Shown: piece by piece, positions 8,585 to 18,915 of the stretch
How positions within the stretch are numbered: the stretch's first letter is position 1
Layout of the letters: every line of letters begins with the position of its first letter
NCBI GenBank assembly: GCA_963977445.1
Contig: CAXBPH010000106.1
Coordinates: 1 to 21,128, forward strand
Direction of reading: 5' to 3'
DNA length: 21,128 nt
DNA from: an uncultured bacterium
Lineage (GTDB): Bacteria; Hydrogenedentota; Hydrogenedentia; Hydrogenedentales; JAEUWI01
The notes under the pieces: generated by a model
What the model was told of the DNA's origin: nothing
What the model saw: the letters and a program-made list of their open reading frames with translations, nothing else
Databases searched by the model: none
Program-made: the position numbers and the translations under genes

Positions 8585-11161
8585 CTAGCCGATGTTATCC
8601 ACATTCAGTACGCAGGGGTCCCCTTTGCCAATGTGGAGCAACTGGTCCGATACCGCGTCTTCGATGTTTTCTACAAACAGGGTACGCAGCGGCCGGGCAC
8701 CGAGCAGGGTGTCGAATCCATTTTCCACCAGATAATCGCAGCACTGTTTGCTGAGGGTGATAGTGACTTCGGCTTCTCCCACCTCGGGGTTTTTACAGAT
8801 TACGGTCCGAATACCATCTTCCGCTTCGGTAACCTCGAACCAGGTATTGCACTCCTGCCGATCGGGGGGCAGAATAATTTTGCGGGCCATGGCTACCCGT
8901 TCGCACAGGTCGCGCATGAGTTTGTTGAGGATGTTAGATTGCTCCGCCATACCCAAGGGCCCGAATACGAGGGGCCGTCCCATACGCCCGAAGAGTTCGG
9001 GGGGTAATCCAGGCACGGCCAACATGGCTTGCTTGACGATTTCTTCGGCAGAAGGCTCTTCGTCTTCCGCATCTCCCGACGCCACATCAAGGAGGCGATT
9101 GGCCTCATCTTGCAGGATAGCGAAGGTCTGTGGCGTAAGATTGGGCGTCGTCGAGGCGATTTCCTGGAGGATGGTTTTCACGGCCATATTCTGGGCTTCC
9201 GGCTCGGCATCGGCGTTGGCCTCGAGCCATCCCTTGATACGGTGGCGGAGTTCGCCAAGCTGGCCGAGAATCGCGGCACCCACATTGGTCGTAATGATGA
9301 TAACCGTGTTCTGGAAATCGATGTTGCGGCCCATGGAGTCGGTGAGGCGGGCTTCGTCGAATAGTTGGAGAAAGATGCGCCAGATATTCGGGTGGGCCTT
9401 TTCGAATTCATCGAGCAACACCAACGAGTAGGGCTTACGGCGGACGGCTTCGGTGAGCATGCCGCCTTCTTCCGCACCCTGGTAGCCCCGGTCTGAGCCG
9501 ATAAGTCGGTTACGAGCCGTTTCGGTGCCATACTCCGAGAGGTCAACACGGATGAGGGCGTCTTCGCTGCCATACCAGTCGGCCGCCAGGGCCTTGGCAA
9601 GTTCCGTTTTACCCACACCGGAAGGTCCGGCAAAGAGAAAAACGGCCTGGGGCTGTTTGGGCGGCGTCAGGCCCACAAAGGCCCGTTTCATGGACTTTAC
9701 CACCGCCTTGATGGGCTCGGCCTGTCCGAAGACACGGTTCGAAAGATTCTTATTCAGATCCAGCAGCTTGTGACGCTGATCTTCCGACATGTTTTCGATG
9801 GGAATGTTGGTGCGCTCAGAAACGGCCTGGGCCACGTGTTTCCCATCCACGGGGGGACGATAGTCTTCCGGGTGATCCGCCGGATTGTGGTTGAGCGTAA
9901 CCATGGCACCCGCTTCGTCGAGGATGCCCAATTCGCGGGCGGGAGAGCGCACTTCACCGATATAGCGCCGGGCGAGGGTATTCACCCGGTTGAGGGCATC
10001 TTCTGTGTAGTCTACACCGTGGTGTTTGCCATAGACCGGCCGTACACGTTTCAGGATGTCGGCCACTTCGGCGGGACTTTGTTCGGGAACGATGACGGGG
10101 CTGAAACGGCGCTTCATGGCACCGTCTTTTTCGATGACGCGAAATTCGGCGAAGGTCGTTGCACCGACGCACCAGAGCTCACCACGGGCCAGGGCAGGCT
10201 TCATGAGATTGGCTGCGTCCATACCGCCACTCTCACCGGTTTCACCCAGGCCAATAAGCTGGTGAATTTCGTCGATGAATAGAATGACGCTGCCTTTGGC
10301 CGCCTGCAATTCACGGAGTACGGCGGTCAGGCGCTGCTCGAATTCACCGCGGTACTTGGAACCCGCCATGATAAGGCCGAGATCGAGGCTGATAATCTTC
10401 TTGCCCTTCAGGCGCTCAGGCACCTGATTCCGGACGATGTTCAGGGCCAGCCCTTCGATAATTTTGGTCTTACCCACGCCCGCTTCACCGAGAAGGACCG
10501 GGTTGTTTGCTTCTTTCTTCAGGAGGATGCTGGAAATACGGCGAATTTCGTCCGTCCGCCCGATGACTTCTTCCAGGCCGCCTGCTGCTGCTTTTTCCGT
10601 CAGATCGATACCATAGGTTTTCAGGGCTTCTATCGACGCGGCGGTGGCGGTCTGCCGACTTACGGCGCCTACCGGAATCTTGCGATCACCATCGAGGATG
10701 GAACTCGTCAACCCGAAATCAGAGGCCAGGAAGGAATCCATCGCATGGGTGCGGTAATCGATAATGGCGGCCAGCAGGTCATCCCATTCGATTTGGGTCT
10801 TCTTCTTGGCAGCGACGGTCTCGATCACACGGTCCAGATTGTGCCCCGGTTTTTTAGGGCGGTCCACGAGTATGGAACAGAGTTGATTCAACTCGTCGGA
10901 GTATTGGCCCTTGGCAATTTTCTGCTTGGGCAAGCCACTGATAAACTGATGGTTAAGCGCAACGCGAAACTCGCCGAAACTGCGGCGGTCCTTACCGTCT
11001 TCCCCTTCGAAGAGACGCCGCAGCGAACTCTTCTCCCGATCCATGGCGTCTACCCATAGCAGGTGCTGAAAGTCGATGGGACCCAGGCCAAGGGCACGGG
11101 CCTTGTCGAATCGCTCCTCGCGGGTAAATCTATCAAAACGGTCTTCATTCACTTCGGGCAT
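8585..11161 (-). CDS. Divergent class I Clp/Hsp100 AAA+ ATPase (ClpA-like, no middle domain)
   Basis: NBD1: GEAGVGKT, pore loop KYRG, LFIDEIH, KPALARG, KRRF. NBD2: [40 protein letters not shown] before ATG. Confidence 0.92.
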   Translation of the reverse strand: MPEVNEDRFDRFTREERFDKARALGLGPIDFQHLLWVDAMDREKSSLRRLFEGEDGKDRRSFGEFRVALNHQFISGLPKQKIAKGQYSDELNQLCSILVDRPKKPGHNLDRVIETVAAKKKTQIEWDDLLAAIIDYRTHAMDSFLASDFGLTSSILDGDRKIPVGAVSRQTATAASIEALKTYGIDLTEKAAAGGLEEVIGRTDEIRRISSILLKKEANNPVLLGEAGVGKTKIIEGLALNIVRNQVPERLKGKKIISLDLGLIMAGSKYRGEFEQRLTAVLRELQAAKGSVILFIDEIHQLIGLGETGESGGMDAANLMKPALARGELWCVGATTFAEFRVIEKDGAMKRRFSPVIVPEQSPAEVADILKRVRPVYGKHHGVDYTEDALNRVNTLARRYIGEVRSPARELGILDEAGAMVTLNHNPADHPEDYRPPVDGKHVAQAVSERTNIPIENMSEDQRHKLLDLNKNLSNRVFGQAEPIKAVVKSMKRAFVGLTPPKQPQAVFLFAGPSGVGKTELAKALAADWYGSEDALIRVDLSEYGTETARNRLIGSDRGYQGAEEGGMLTEAVRRKPYSLVLLDEFEKAHPNIWRIFLQLFDEARLTDSMGRNIDFQNTVIIITTNVGAAILGQLGELRHRIKGWLEANADAEPEAQNMAVKTILQEIASTTPNLTPQTFAILQDEANRLLDVASGDAEDEEPSAEEIVKQAMLAVPGLPPELFGRMGRPLVFGPLGMAEQSNILNKLMRDLCERVAMARKIILPPDRQECNTWFEVTEAEDGIRTVICKNPEVGEAEVTITLSKQCCDYLVENGFDTLLGARPLRTLFVENIEDAVSDQLLHIGKGDPCVLNVDNIG

Positions 11162-11600
11162 GACGTGATGCTCCCTGTGTGGTTCGTATTAATCCTGTTC
11201 CCATTGTGCGCTGAGGGGAGTGAATCTCATTTTTAACAGCACAGGTCAATAGATTAAGTAATACACAAGGTAAAAGCAACCTGTTTTTGATTAAAACGAT
11301 GACGGAAGGCCCGATCGCGGGTCCTACCCAAAATAAAAAGAATCCCACTGCAAAGGATCTGACCGTTGCAGCCTGTCCATATTCCCTAAAAAAGGTTCAT
11401 GGGAAATTAATGGGGATGATTTATTCGATGTCTCAAGTACCGAAGGTAGAAGGATGACGCAATGGGTTCTTGCAAAACATGTCGCCACGCATCTTTTTGC
11501 AGTTAAAACCACAAACCATGGACGTGCCGCGCGATTGGCGGATTCAATTTGTTTTGGCGGAGTGAGACTTCGTTGGCACCCACTAATCGCCCGTAAATTT

Positions 11601-11657
11601 TAAAAAGCCGGGTCGCGGGGTCCGGCCCATCATAAAATGGCCTTTCCCCGCGACCCG
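11601..11657 (-). terminator. Intrinsic terminator downstream of the GH140-like gene
   Basis: 12-bp perfect inverted repeat CGGGTCGCGGGG (11609-11620) / CCCCGCGACCCG (11646-11657), followed on the minus strand by GCTTTTT, just after the stop at 11665. Confidence 0.75.
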
Positions 11658-11664
11658 ACAGGGA

Positions 11665-13200
11665 TTACTCCTGGGTTTTCAATACCAGTACCCAGTCGTT
11701 GCCATCCTCGGCCAGCCCAGGTGGGTCAAACTCCTGAATGGGCGCGTCGGGTCCGCTGGAGATGCCTTCAAGAAAGGCTTTCTGGTCGCCAAACTCATCG
11801 TCACCAACCTGCCACATCCCGTTGCGGGGATTGAACCAGAAGGCATTCATGGGCTGTGCGGAAAGCTTATCCATGTTCACACGAATGTTGCCACCGTTTG
11901 CGCTGTAAACCATTGCGTAGTCGCCTTTCGCCCCGCGGGTGGCTTGAAGACGGCTTGAATGCACGCCCTCGCCAACGTCTACAATTCCGGCATCGCCGTC
12001 GATCAGGGACTGATCGGGGATGCGATCCAGATATTGGTCGTTGCTCATGGACGTCATGAGCGTGACAAGATGCTGCATATCCAGGGCACCGGGTTCATCG
12101 AGGCTGACTTCGAATTCGGTGGGATTACCCGTGGTGACGGGCTCATCCAGGGCCAATACCCCGCCGCCGCAATGATAGATATTCATGCTGCCGTAGGTGA
12201 TTCCGAAACCACCGGCAAAGACCGTATGATAGGACTGGAACCTGATTTGCCAGTCTTTGTAGATATTTTCGCCCCGCGCGCGGTATTCATAGCCCCCTTC
12301 GAAGAGCCAGGTGGGCTTGGCGGGAGACAGGCTATAGTCCAATTCCGTCGCAACTATCTGGTCTACCGGTTGGTCCTGCATGGAGTTAAAATCCAACCAG
12401 GGATCATTGTGAAACCACGCGGAGGAATTGGGATTCCATTTTCTCGGGTGGTAGCTCATCACCGTGGTGCTGTAGTCGGCGTTGCCATCCTGTTGATCGA
12501 CCCCGTTTACACCATCGGCCACCCCTTCGGCTACGGCCCGAAAGACGTCCCGATAGTCTCTTTCGCCATACACGGCACTGCGGTCGCCGCCAATCATCCA
12601 GATGATGTTTTTCTTCTTACTGAAACGTTGGCCAAGCCAGTTTCCATAGGTATAGGCGCTGCTTGCGTTGAAAATAATTTCCGCCGAAGGCTCGCCCTTG
12701 ACGTAACTACCGGCCACATAGCCACCCCAAGCTGGGAGGAGCGTCACATACAACCCGTGGGCCTGTGCGGAGTCAACGATGTACTCCAAATGGTCCCAGT
12801 AGTCATACTCATCCGTGTCCTCGGGATTCGCGCCCGGCGTCGTGACCGGATTGAGCGGCTGCCACGCATCGTTCTTCACCTCAAAGGGGAAGTCGCCATA
12901 GGCATTGGCGAATATTTTCATTCCATCATAGGAGGGAAAGGACACCAGCGCAACGGTATTGAATTTCTGCTCCTTGCGGTGGGCCATGTAGCGGTCCACT
13001 TCTTCCCGTGTCAATCGCCACGCAATGGCCCACGCCGTATCGGCTACGGGGAAGAACCCTGTCCCATCGGCATGAACCAGGTAACGACCATTTTCGCTGA
13101 CGCGCAGGTCATTCAGTTCCTCCGCCTGAATCTGAGTCCCCGTTGTGAATACCAATAGTGCAACTACGATACTGGTTATTATTCGACGTTTCGACTTCAT
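11665..13200 (-). CDS. Secreted GH140/DUF4038 (apiosidase-like) glycoside hydrolase with C-terminal putative collagen-binding domain
   Basis: Signal peptide; LRVSENGRYL..DGTGFF.ADTAW, YWDHLEYIVD, NIIWMIGGD, KPTWLFEGGYE, and C-terminal AFWFNPRNG...NDWVLVL. Confidence 0.85.
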   Translation of the reverse strand: MKSKRRIITSIVVALLVFTTGTQIQAEELNDLRVSENGRYLVHADGTGFFPVADTAWAIAWRLTREEVDRYMAHRKEQKFNTVALVSFPSYDGMKIFANAYGDFPFEVKNDAWQPLNPVTTPGANPEDTDEYDYWDHLEYIVDSAQAHGLYVTLLPAWGGYVAGSYVKGEPSAEIIFNASSAYTYGNWLGQRFSKKKNIIWMIGGDRSAVYGERDYRDVFRAVAEGVADGVNGVDQQDGNADYSTTVMSYHPRKWNPNSSAWFHNDPWLDFNSMQDQPVDQIVATELDYSLSPAKPTWLFEGGYEYRARGENIYKDWQIRFQSYHTVFAGGFGITYGSMNIYHCGGGVLALDEPVTTGNPTEFEVSLDEPGALDMQHLVTLMTSMSNDQYLDRIPDQSLIDGDAGIVDVGEGVHSSRLQATRGAKGDYAMVYSANGGNIRVNMDKLSAQPMNAFWFNPRNGMWQVGDDEFGDQKAFLEGISSGPDAPIQEFDPPGLAEDGNDWVLVLKTQE

Positions 13201-13568
13201 TGACGCACTCCAGTGCTACTTATGGCTTCCGGCGCTTCCCGTAAAAACTGCTCGAACGGTGCTCACCGGTTTGTTCATTTGGATAGAAGGGTTCATCCAA
13301 CGAGGTGAGAAATAGTTCCCAACAGTTCTCGGATCTATGGATTGCCCCCTTTCGGAACTGAAGCTTCGCAGGCCTTGGAGACACCAAAGGATGGCGCGTC
13401 CGAGACCTGTGTCCCCAATTGTCGAAAGACATTTTGAGAAATTGTGGCTACGTTGGCGCAAGCATGACCTGTTGCTGCGGTTTGTCCTGGTTCGTAGCGC
13501 GGACAGGCTGAATTTGATCGGGGTCTACTTTCGCCTATTTCGACTCATCCAACGGACCGTTGTGTGGA

Positions 13569-16286
13569 TCATTTCCCCAGCGCCGTGTTCATCTCCACGA
13601 TCATGTTGGCGATGGCACGTCGCTTTTCCAGGAGCACCTGGGGATCGCGGGTGAAGTCCACCAGACTGGGTATGACTTCGCCGAGATTGTAGACCTTCGC
13701 AGCGCGCTGGAGAAGGGCTTCGTGCCCCGGCGTGTCCAGAAGTTTGCGGCGGCGATCATTGAAGATCGCGAGGTAGTCATAGTCTTCAATCCCGTCCCGG
13801 ATGGATTCCCATCGGATCGAGTTTACGGGGCCATTCTTGTCGGTGTAGATCAGGAATCCGTCGCCGTTCACCGGGGTCACATCGAGGAGGCTCAGCCAGG
13901 GATTGCGTCCTGCCGGGGGGGTGTTCACACTCCAGTAGTGCATGCCCCGGACGCCCAGCGCCCAGGATTGCCAGAACAGGATGCGGTGTTCGATGGCTTC
14001 AAAATCCACAAAGAAGTTGCCGTAGGGCCGGGGCGGCGTCTGGTCCACGTACCACCAGACCTCTCGTCCAGCGCGAATACGTTCCAGAATCTGGGCATTG
14101 TTGGCCGTATCGAAGATGGGCGCATGCACGGCCCAGCGGTCGAGGCCGTCGGGCAGGAAGGGCTCCAGGCCATAGGTCGTAACCATGATGGGAATTTCGG
14201 GGGCGGCATCTTTCCACTGCTGCATACCTTCGAGGAGGCGGGGCCAGGCCGGGCGGGCCGGTTCATTGGCCACCTGGGAAAAGACCCGACTTTCCAGCCC
14301 GTTTTTCTTCACAAAGGCGTTGGCCTGGCTCAATTGGTCGGGGTAGGCCACGAGGGACGGCGGCACGCTGATGGTGGTGACACCCGCGGGATCGGCGGCA
14401 TCCAGTTTGGTCTTGAAGGCGGCAAGGGCGCTGCCATAATTTGCATGCTCCTCGGGAAACTCAATGGGACCACGCAACGTAACGCGGTGAGCGGCCCCGT
14501 TCTTCTGGAACCGGTCGAGCAGTTCCCGGTCACTCAGACTCCCCCCCGTTTGTTTGTGTTGTTGCCGGGCCAGGTCGATATCCAACACGAAGTCGGTGTT
14601 AAACATGGGACGACTCGGCAGCTTGAAACCAAAGACCTCTACTTCGAGAAAGACCTCTACGGGTGGCAAACCGCCGCCCTGAATTTCCACCAGACCACTA
14701 TAGATACCTGCCGGGGCTTCGGTGGGCACGGTAATGGTAAACCAGATTGGCGAGGTCTGTCCGCCGGGTGCATCCATGGAGGTGAGGGGCAGGAGGGCAT
14801 CGGGCCACGCGCCGGTGGGACCTTCGAAGTGACTGGAGATGACGATCCGCTGATACTGCTCCACATAGATGGAGACGGCCTCCGCCGGAATTCGCGCGCC
14901 CCGCGTGGAAAGGAGATCGTTGGCGACGACGGTTACGCCCTTGAGATCGCGACCCCGGGGCGGGCGAAGGGCGATCTGGAAGGATTCTGACTCGCCCTGT
15001 GCCGCTGCAATCTCGATAACCGGGTCTATGCTTTCGGTGCGGGCGAGTTGGTCCTGGGGCAAAACCTTGTGGAGGGAGGTCTCGGCCCACAGCGCCACGT
15101 CCCCCCCTGACAGGCGGGATCGCTTCACCGTACGGGATTGCTGGTCCAACACATGGGGCGCATCCGACCAAGCGGCAAACCGGGTATTCACGGGTTTACC
15201 CACGATAAACTGGGTGTCGATACCGCCGTGGGGCGAGCTGGTCTCGGAACCGAGCGCCACAACCTTGCCCCGCTGGGTAATCTGGGCGAGGATTTCGTAG
15301 GCACCTGATGCGGGCGCTTTCCAATCAAAGGTGCAACGGGCCAGCCGGTTGGGTGCCAGACTGAACTTCTTTTCGGGCAGATCCCAGATGGTGCCATCGG
15401 CCGCTTTCACCTTGGCATTAATTTGAAGATCGGACATCTCTTTGACGGGCGAAAAAAGAAGAGACAGAGTGCCATCGTCGTAGTCAATCTGGGTGGCAAA
15501 CTCATCGGTAGCGAAATCGATATGCTTGAGCCCGCGCACCATGTTGAGGCGGTATCGGGTCTCCCAGGATGCCCCCGGCTCCAACAAAAAGGGAACAAAG
15601 GCCGTTTGTACACCCATTCGGGCCGTGGGTTGAGCCTCGGTCGGCGTGACAAAGGGCTCCGCCAGAAAAGCGTAGGTGTGTTCCGCATCAAAAACGGCGT
15701 AGAGGGATTCCTGCTCGATGGGGTCGGTAAATCCGATCCAATTGCGCGTTGCCGGATAGTAGGCTTTCAATGTCGGCTGGACAATGCCACTTGTCGACGG
15801 CAAATCGAGGCGATCCCGGTCCGAGACAGAGCCGCCGGGCGTTACATCGTTGCGAACCCAAGGGGTCACCCATTGGCGCTCATTGCCGCCGTTGGTAACC
15901 GTCCACGTCACCCGGACGGAGGATTCATCAGGGAGGAGTTCCAGCCGACGGACCACCTTGAGTCCCTGGATATTGGGTCCATCGCAGTCATAGCTATATT
16001 GGAGCACGGGGCGGTCGGCAACGCTGTCGAGGGCTTCCATTTTTTCGTTGAGGCGACGGTTGGGCACATAGAAGTTACCCACCCCGAAACCTTCCTGGAG
16101 GAGCCCCTCGGCCCCGGCGAAATTGGTGGGCGTGGCGAGGAGGCCAAAATTCTGAAGCGTGCCCCCCCCGTCTGCACCCATGCCGAGTTCAATAAGATGG
16201 CCCTGAATTTCGATATCGTCGTCGATGACAGCCGCTGTCACGCAAGCGGACAGGGCAATAAACAGAAAACTAATGAAAAAACGCAT
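13569..16286 (-). CDS. Secreted multidomain GH123-like/DUF4091 glycoside hydrolase-like protein
   Basis: Signal peptide MRFFISFLFIALSAC; AAQGESESFQI, WPDALLP, PIWFTITVP..APAGIYSG, EVWWY, GMHYW, GDGFLIY, SIRWESIRDGIEDYDYL. Start moved to ATG 16286 (AAGG upstream). Confidence 0.8.
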   Translation of the reverse strand: MRFFISFLFIALSACVTAAVIDDDIEIQGHLIELGMGADGGGTLQNFGLLATPTNFAGAEGLLQEGFGVGNFYVPNRRLNEKMEALDSVADRPVLQYSYDCDGPNIQGLKVVRRLELLPDESSVRVTWTVTNGGNERQWVTPWVRNDVTPGGSVSDRDRLDLPSTSGIVQPTLKAYYPATRNWIGFTDPIEQESLYAVFDAEHTYAFLAEPFVTPTEAQPTARMGVQTAFVPFLLEPGASWETRYRLNMVRGLKHIDFATDEFATQIDYDDGTLSLLFSPVKEMSDLQINAKVKAADGTIWDLPEKKFSLAPNRLARCTFDWKAPASGAYEILAQITQRGKVVALGSETSSPHGGIDTQFIVGKPVNTRFAAWSDAPHVLDQQSRTVKRSRLSGGDVALWAETSLHKVLPQDQLARTESIDPVIEIAAAQGESESFQIALRPPRGRDLKGVTVVANDLLSTRGARIPAEAVSIYVEQYQRIVISSHFEGPTGAWPDALLPLTSMDAPGGQTSPIWFTITVPTEAPAGIYSGLVEIQGGGLPPVEVFLEVEVFGFKLPSRPMFNTDFVLDIDLARQQHKQTGGSLSDRELLDRFQKNGAAHRVTLRGPIEFPEEHANYGSALAAFKTKLDAADPAGVTTISVPPSLVAYPDQLSQANAFVKKNGLESRVFSQVANEPARPAWPRLLEGMQQWKDAAPEIPIMVTTYGLEPFLPDGLDRWAVHAPIFDTANNAQILERIRAGREVWWYVDQTPPRPYGNFFVDFEAIEHRILFWQSWALGVRGMHYWSVNTPPAGRNPWLSLLDVTPVNGDGFLIYTDKNGPVNSIRWESIRDGIEDYDYLAIFNDRRRKLLDTPGHEALLQRAAKVYNLGEVIPSLVDFTRDPQVLLEKRRAIANMIVEMNTALGK

Positions 16287-16478
16287 GAAGTGCCTTTTGT
16301 TTAAGAAACTGGTCCCAGACAAGTCGTCTATTGTAATGGGAGGAACGGGTTCATTGCACCTTGGCCGCAATTGCAGAAATTGCTTCTGGCGGCCAGTTGC
16401 ACGATTGAAATTCGGAATTACAGGAACAGATGTCGGTCATTGGGGAAAAAAGGTCACGAGCGCCGACACAGGCTGCCG

Positions 16479-18659
16479 TCAACTTGCCAGATTTTTCATT
16501 CGTCCGAATACCACCCAGAGGGCCAGAGTAAGAAGCAGTCCGGCGCCGCTAACCCAGAGGCCCTGGACAAAACTTTTCGGCCAGAATGAGAAATGCACGG
16601 TGTGTTCACCCGCAGGAACCACGCACCCCATGAAGTCACCATAGGCCGTGATGACCGGCTGGGGATTGCCATCGATGGTGGCCGTCCAGCCGGGATGGTA
16701 TCGCTGGGCGAAAACGAGTAGTTGTGGCGTCGTTGTTTCCGTCTGCCAGGCCACGTTGCCGGGTTCGTTCTTCAACCAGCTGAGCGTTCCCGGTTGGTCC
16801 CCTGCGATATCCAATGCTTCCGTCACGATGGCCGTGGTGGTCACGTCGATTTGCTCGATGGCCTCCCGGGGCGTCGTGCTCACGATGGCCTGGGTAACCA
16901 GCCGCGCCATGGGCAGGGCATCTTCGTGGATGGTCCATTCCCGGGCCGAAAGAGGCACCTTTTCCCAACGGACCCCGGCAATCTGCTTTGTGATGTTCGT
17001 GTTCACATCAAGCTGCCAGTCAGGGGACAAGCCGACATACCCCATGTAATTGGGCAGTCCGTGCAGGGTCAATCGGGCGACTCGCCAATTACCAAAGGCC
17101 CGGTAATGCGCATCCCCGGGCACAAAGGCGGGGTCGTCGGGGAGTTCGGTCGCGAGGACGGGCAACAAGGCATCCAGCCGGGAGGACTGCGGAGACTGTT
17201 GCTGGACATTGGGGTAGGCGTAGACCCACGTATCGACCATGGCCAACAGCATAAGCGAGGTAATGGCGACGCGGGGGTAGCGGGGTGCCCAATGGATGAG
17301 CACGACGCCTGCCGTCAACAGGAGCGGTCCCAGGCACATGGGTACGATTCGATCACTGAGACCGTCGAGGATTGTCGGTGCCAGGTAGCGCTGCACGCCC
17401 CAAAGGGTCAGAGAGGTAATCCAGGCCAGGGCAACGAAAGTCCACAGCCCCCGGTTCCTGACGGAGGGCCCGGTCGTTGCCTGTTGGGCGAGTTGGGGAA
17501 GGGCGATGGCCGCGAGAATGGCCAGGGCAAAATGGATGAGGACCACGTGGCGCGCGGAACAGCGGAAGGAGCCAAGCACGGGGAGTTGGGCGAGCAGTCC
17601 ATAGAGGCCGCCGTACTTTCCCAATGCGAGAATGAGGGCGATGGCGGCCAGGGAAAGCATGGTTGCGCACAAATGGCGGTGTTGGCCCAGCGTAAACACT
17701 CGGGTGGCGCACCAGAGGGCCAGCAAGAGCGGAATGCCCCCCGTATAGAGGCCATACTCCAGGGGGGGGATCCCCACGCTGAGCCCGTTTTCGAAAAGAT
17801 ACGGGCCAATCCACTGGAGGAGGTTCAGGGGGTGGAGGGAGCCATCCTGCCAGAAACCGTCCACGTTCATCCGCTGTGCGTCACCGACCACGTCAAAGGT
17901 GGGGATAATTTGCACGGCACCGATGGCCAGCCCCATACACAGGGCCAGCGCAAGGAGGGGGATCCGGGCGATAACGCCGGGCGTGCGGAGATGGGCGGCC
18001 ACGTAAATGCCCAGGGCGCATAAGGTAAAGACCACACACTGGGGGTGGCCAAGGAGCAACTGGGAGCCCGAAAGGAGGGCAATGGCAACGAAGGGATAGC
18101 GGAACTGTCGTGCGTTGCTGCCTTTCAGGAGGGCATCGGTGGCCCAGAGCATCCAGGGGAGGTGGGCCATGACCGCGATGGCCTGCATGTGGGTGAAGTG
18201 CAGGAGGTTAAATCCGCAAAAGGTAAAGAGGGTGGCGGCAAAAAGGGCGGCGTACCACGGATAGCGCAGATGGCGGAGAAATCCAACGACCCCGGCATAC
18301 ATGAACACGTAGCTCGCGCCGAATTCCAGGTTGAAGGCCAGGGGCAGGGAGAGAAATCGATAGAGCAGCCAGTGAAAGGGATGGGCCATACCGGCCTGCC
18401 CTTCGCCGTGGGTGTAGTAACCGCAAAACTGGTCGGGCCACCACAATGGGCTGAAACCAGATTGGAGGCAGTGGCTGTAAAAGCTCCGATAGGGAAAATG
18501 GAAGGAGCCCAAATCACTGGCGAGATAGATGTTACCCCGAAGGAGGGGATAACAGAGAAAAATGATAGAAAAGAGCCCCGTGGCTCCTGCGACCACGGTT
18601 AACCAATGTTCAAAACGTGATTCAGGTTGCCCCGACCCGCCATCGTGCCCAGTTTCCAT
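16479..18659 (-). CDS. YfhO-family polytopic membrane protein (GT-C-like glycosyltransferase)
   Basis: DLGSFHFPY, PLWWPDQFCG...HPF, GHPQ, GAVQIIPT, FRCSAR, and C-terminal YHPGWTATIDG...VPAGEHTVHFSF. Start moved to ATG 18659, uncertain. Confidence 0.82.
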   Translation of the reverse strand: METGHDGGSGQPESRFEHWLTVVAGATGLFSIIFLCYPLLRGNIYLASDLGSFHFPYRSFYSHCLQSGFSPLWWPDQFCGYYTHGEGQAGMAHPFHWLLYRFLSLPLAFNLEFGASYVFMYAGVVGFLRHLRYPWYAALFAATLFTFCGFNLLHFTHMQAIAVMAHLPWMLWATDALLKGSNARQFRYPFVAIALLSGSQLLLGHPQCVVFTLCALGIYVAAHLRTPGVIARIPLLALALCMGLAIGAVQIIPTFDVVGDAQRMNVDGFWQDGSLHPLNLLQWIGPYLFENGLSVGIPPLEYGLYTGGIPLLLALWCATRVFTLGQHRHLCATMLSLAAIALILALGKYGGLYGLLAQLPVLGSFRCSARHVVLIHFALAILAAIALPQLAQQATTGPSVRNRGLWTFVALAWITSLTLWGVQRYLAPTILDGLSDRIVPMCLGPLLLTAGVVLIHWAPRYPRVAITSLMLLAMVDTWVYAYPNVQQQSPQSSRLDALLPVLATELPDDPAFVPGDAHYRAFGNWRVARLTLHGLPNYMGYVGLSPDWQLDVNTNITKQIAGVRWEKVPLSAREWTIHEDALPMARLVTQAIVSTTPREAIEQIDVTTTAIVTEALDIAGDQPGTLSWLKNEPGNVAWQTETTTPQLLVFAQRYHPGWTATIDGNPQPVITAYGDFMGCVVPAGEHTVHFSFWPKSFVQGLWVSGAGLLLTLALWVVFGRMKNLAS

Positions 18660-18915
18660 CGCGGTATTATAGTGGTGGTCCCGGGGGATTGCAATGGATT
18701 GTTCCTGGGGGGTAATCACACCAATTCTGGCGCTCTCCCAATCAAATTCTCCCCGCCAAGGAGCCCCATGCGTCTACCGGGGGCAGCCGAGGGGTTGATC
18801 GGCCTTCGGTACTCCCGATACCATGGGGCCTCCTCAATGACCGGAGCTGAGAGCGAAAAACATCCCGGTCGGCGAGCGAATCCCATTCACTTCAATCAAT
18901 TACAGGGTTTTTACT

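Noticed and set aside
11454..11603. 49-aa plus-strand ORF MTQWVLAKHV... with purine-rich upstream sequence
   Set aside because: No recognisable motif or composition, and it lies in the promoter region of the Clp gene. Cannot be supported without homologues.
16355..16401. Interrupted hairpin TGGCCGC/GCGGCCA with CAGAA/TTCTG between the yfhO-like and GH123-like genes
   Set aside because: Single imperfect stem with no U-tract and no riboswitch consensus.
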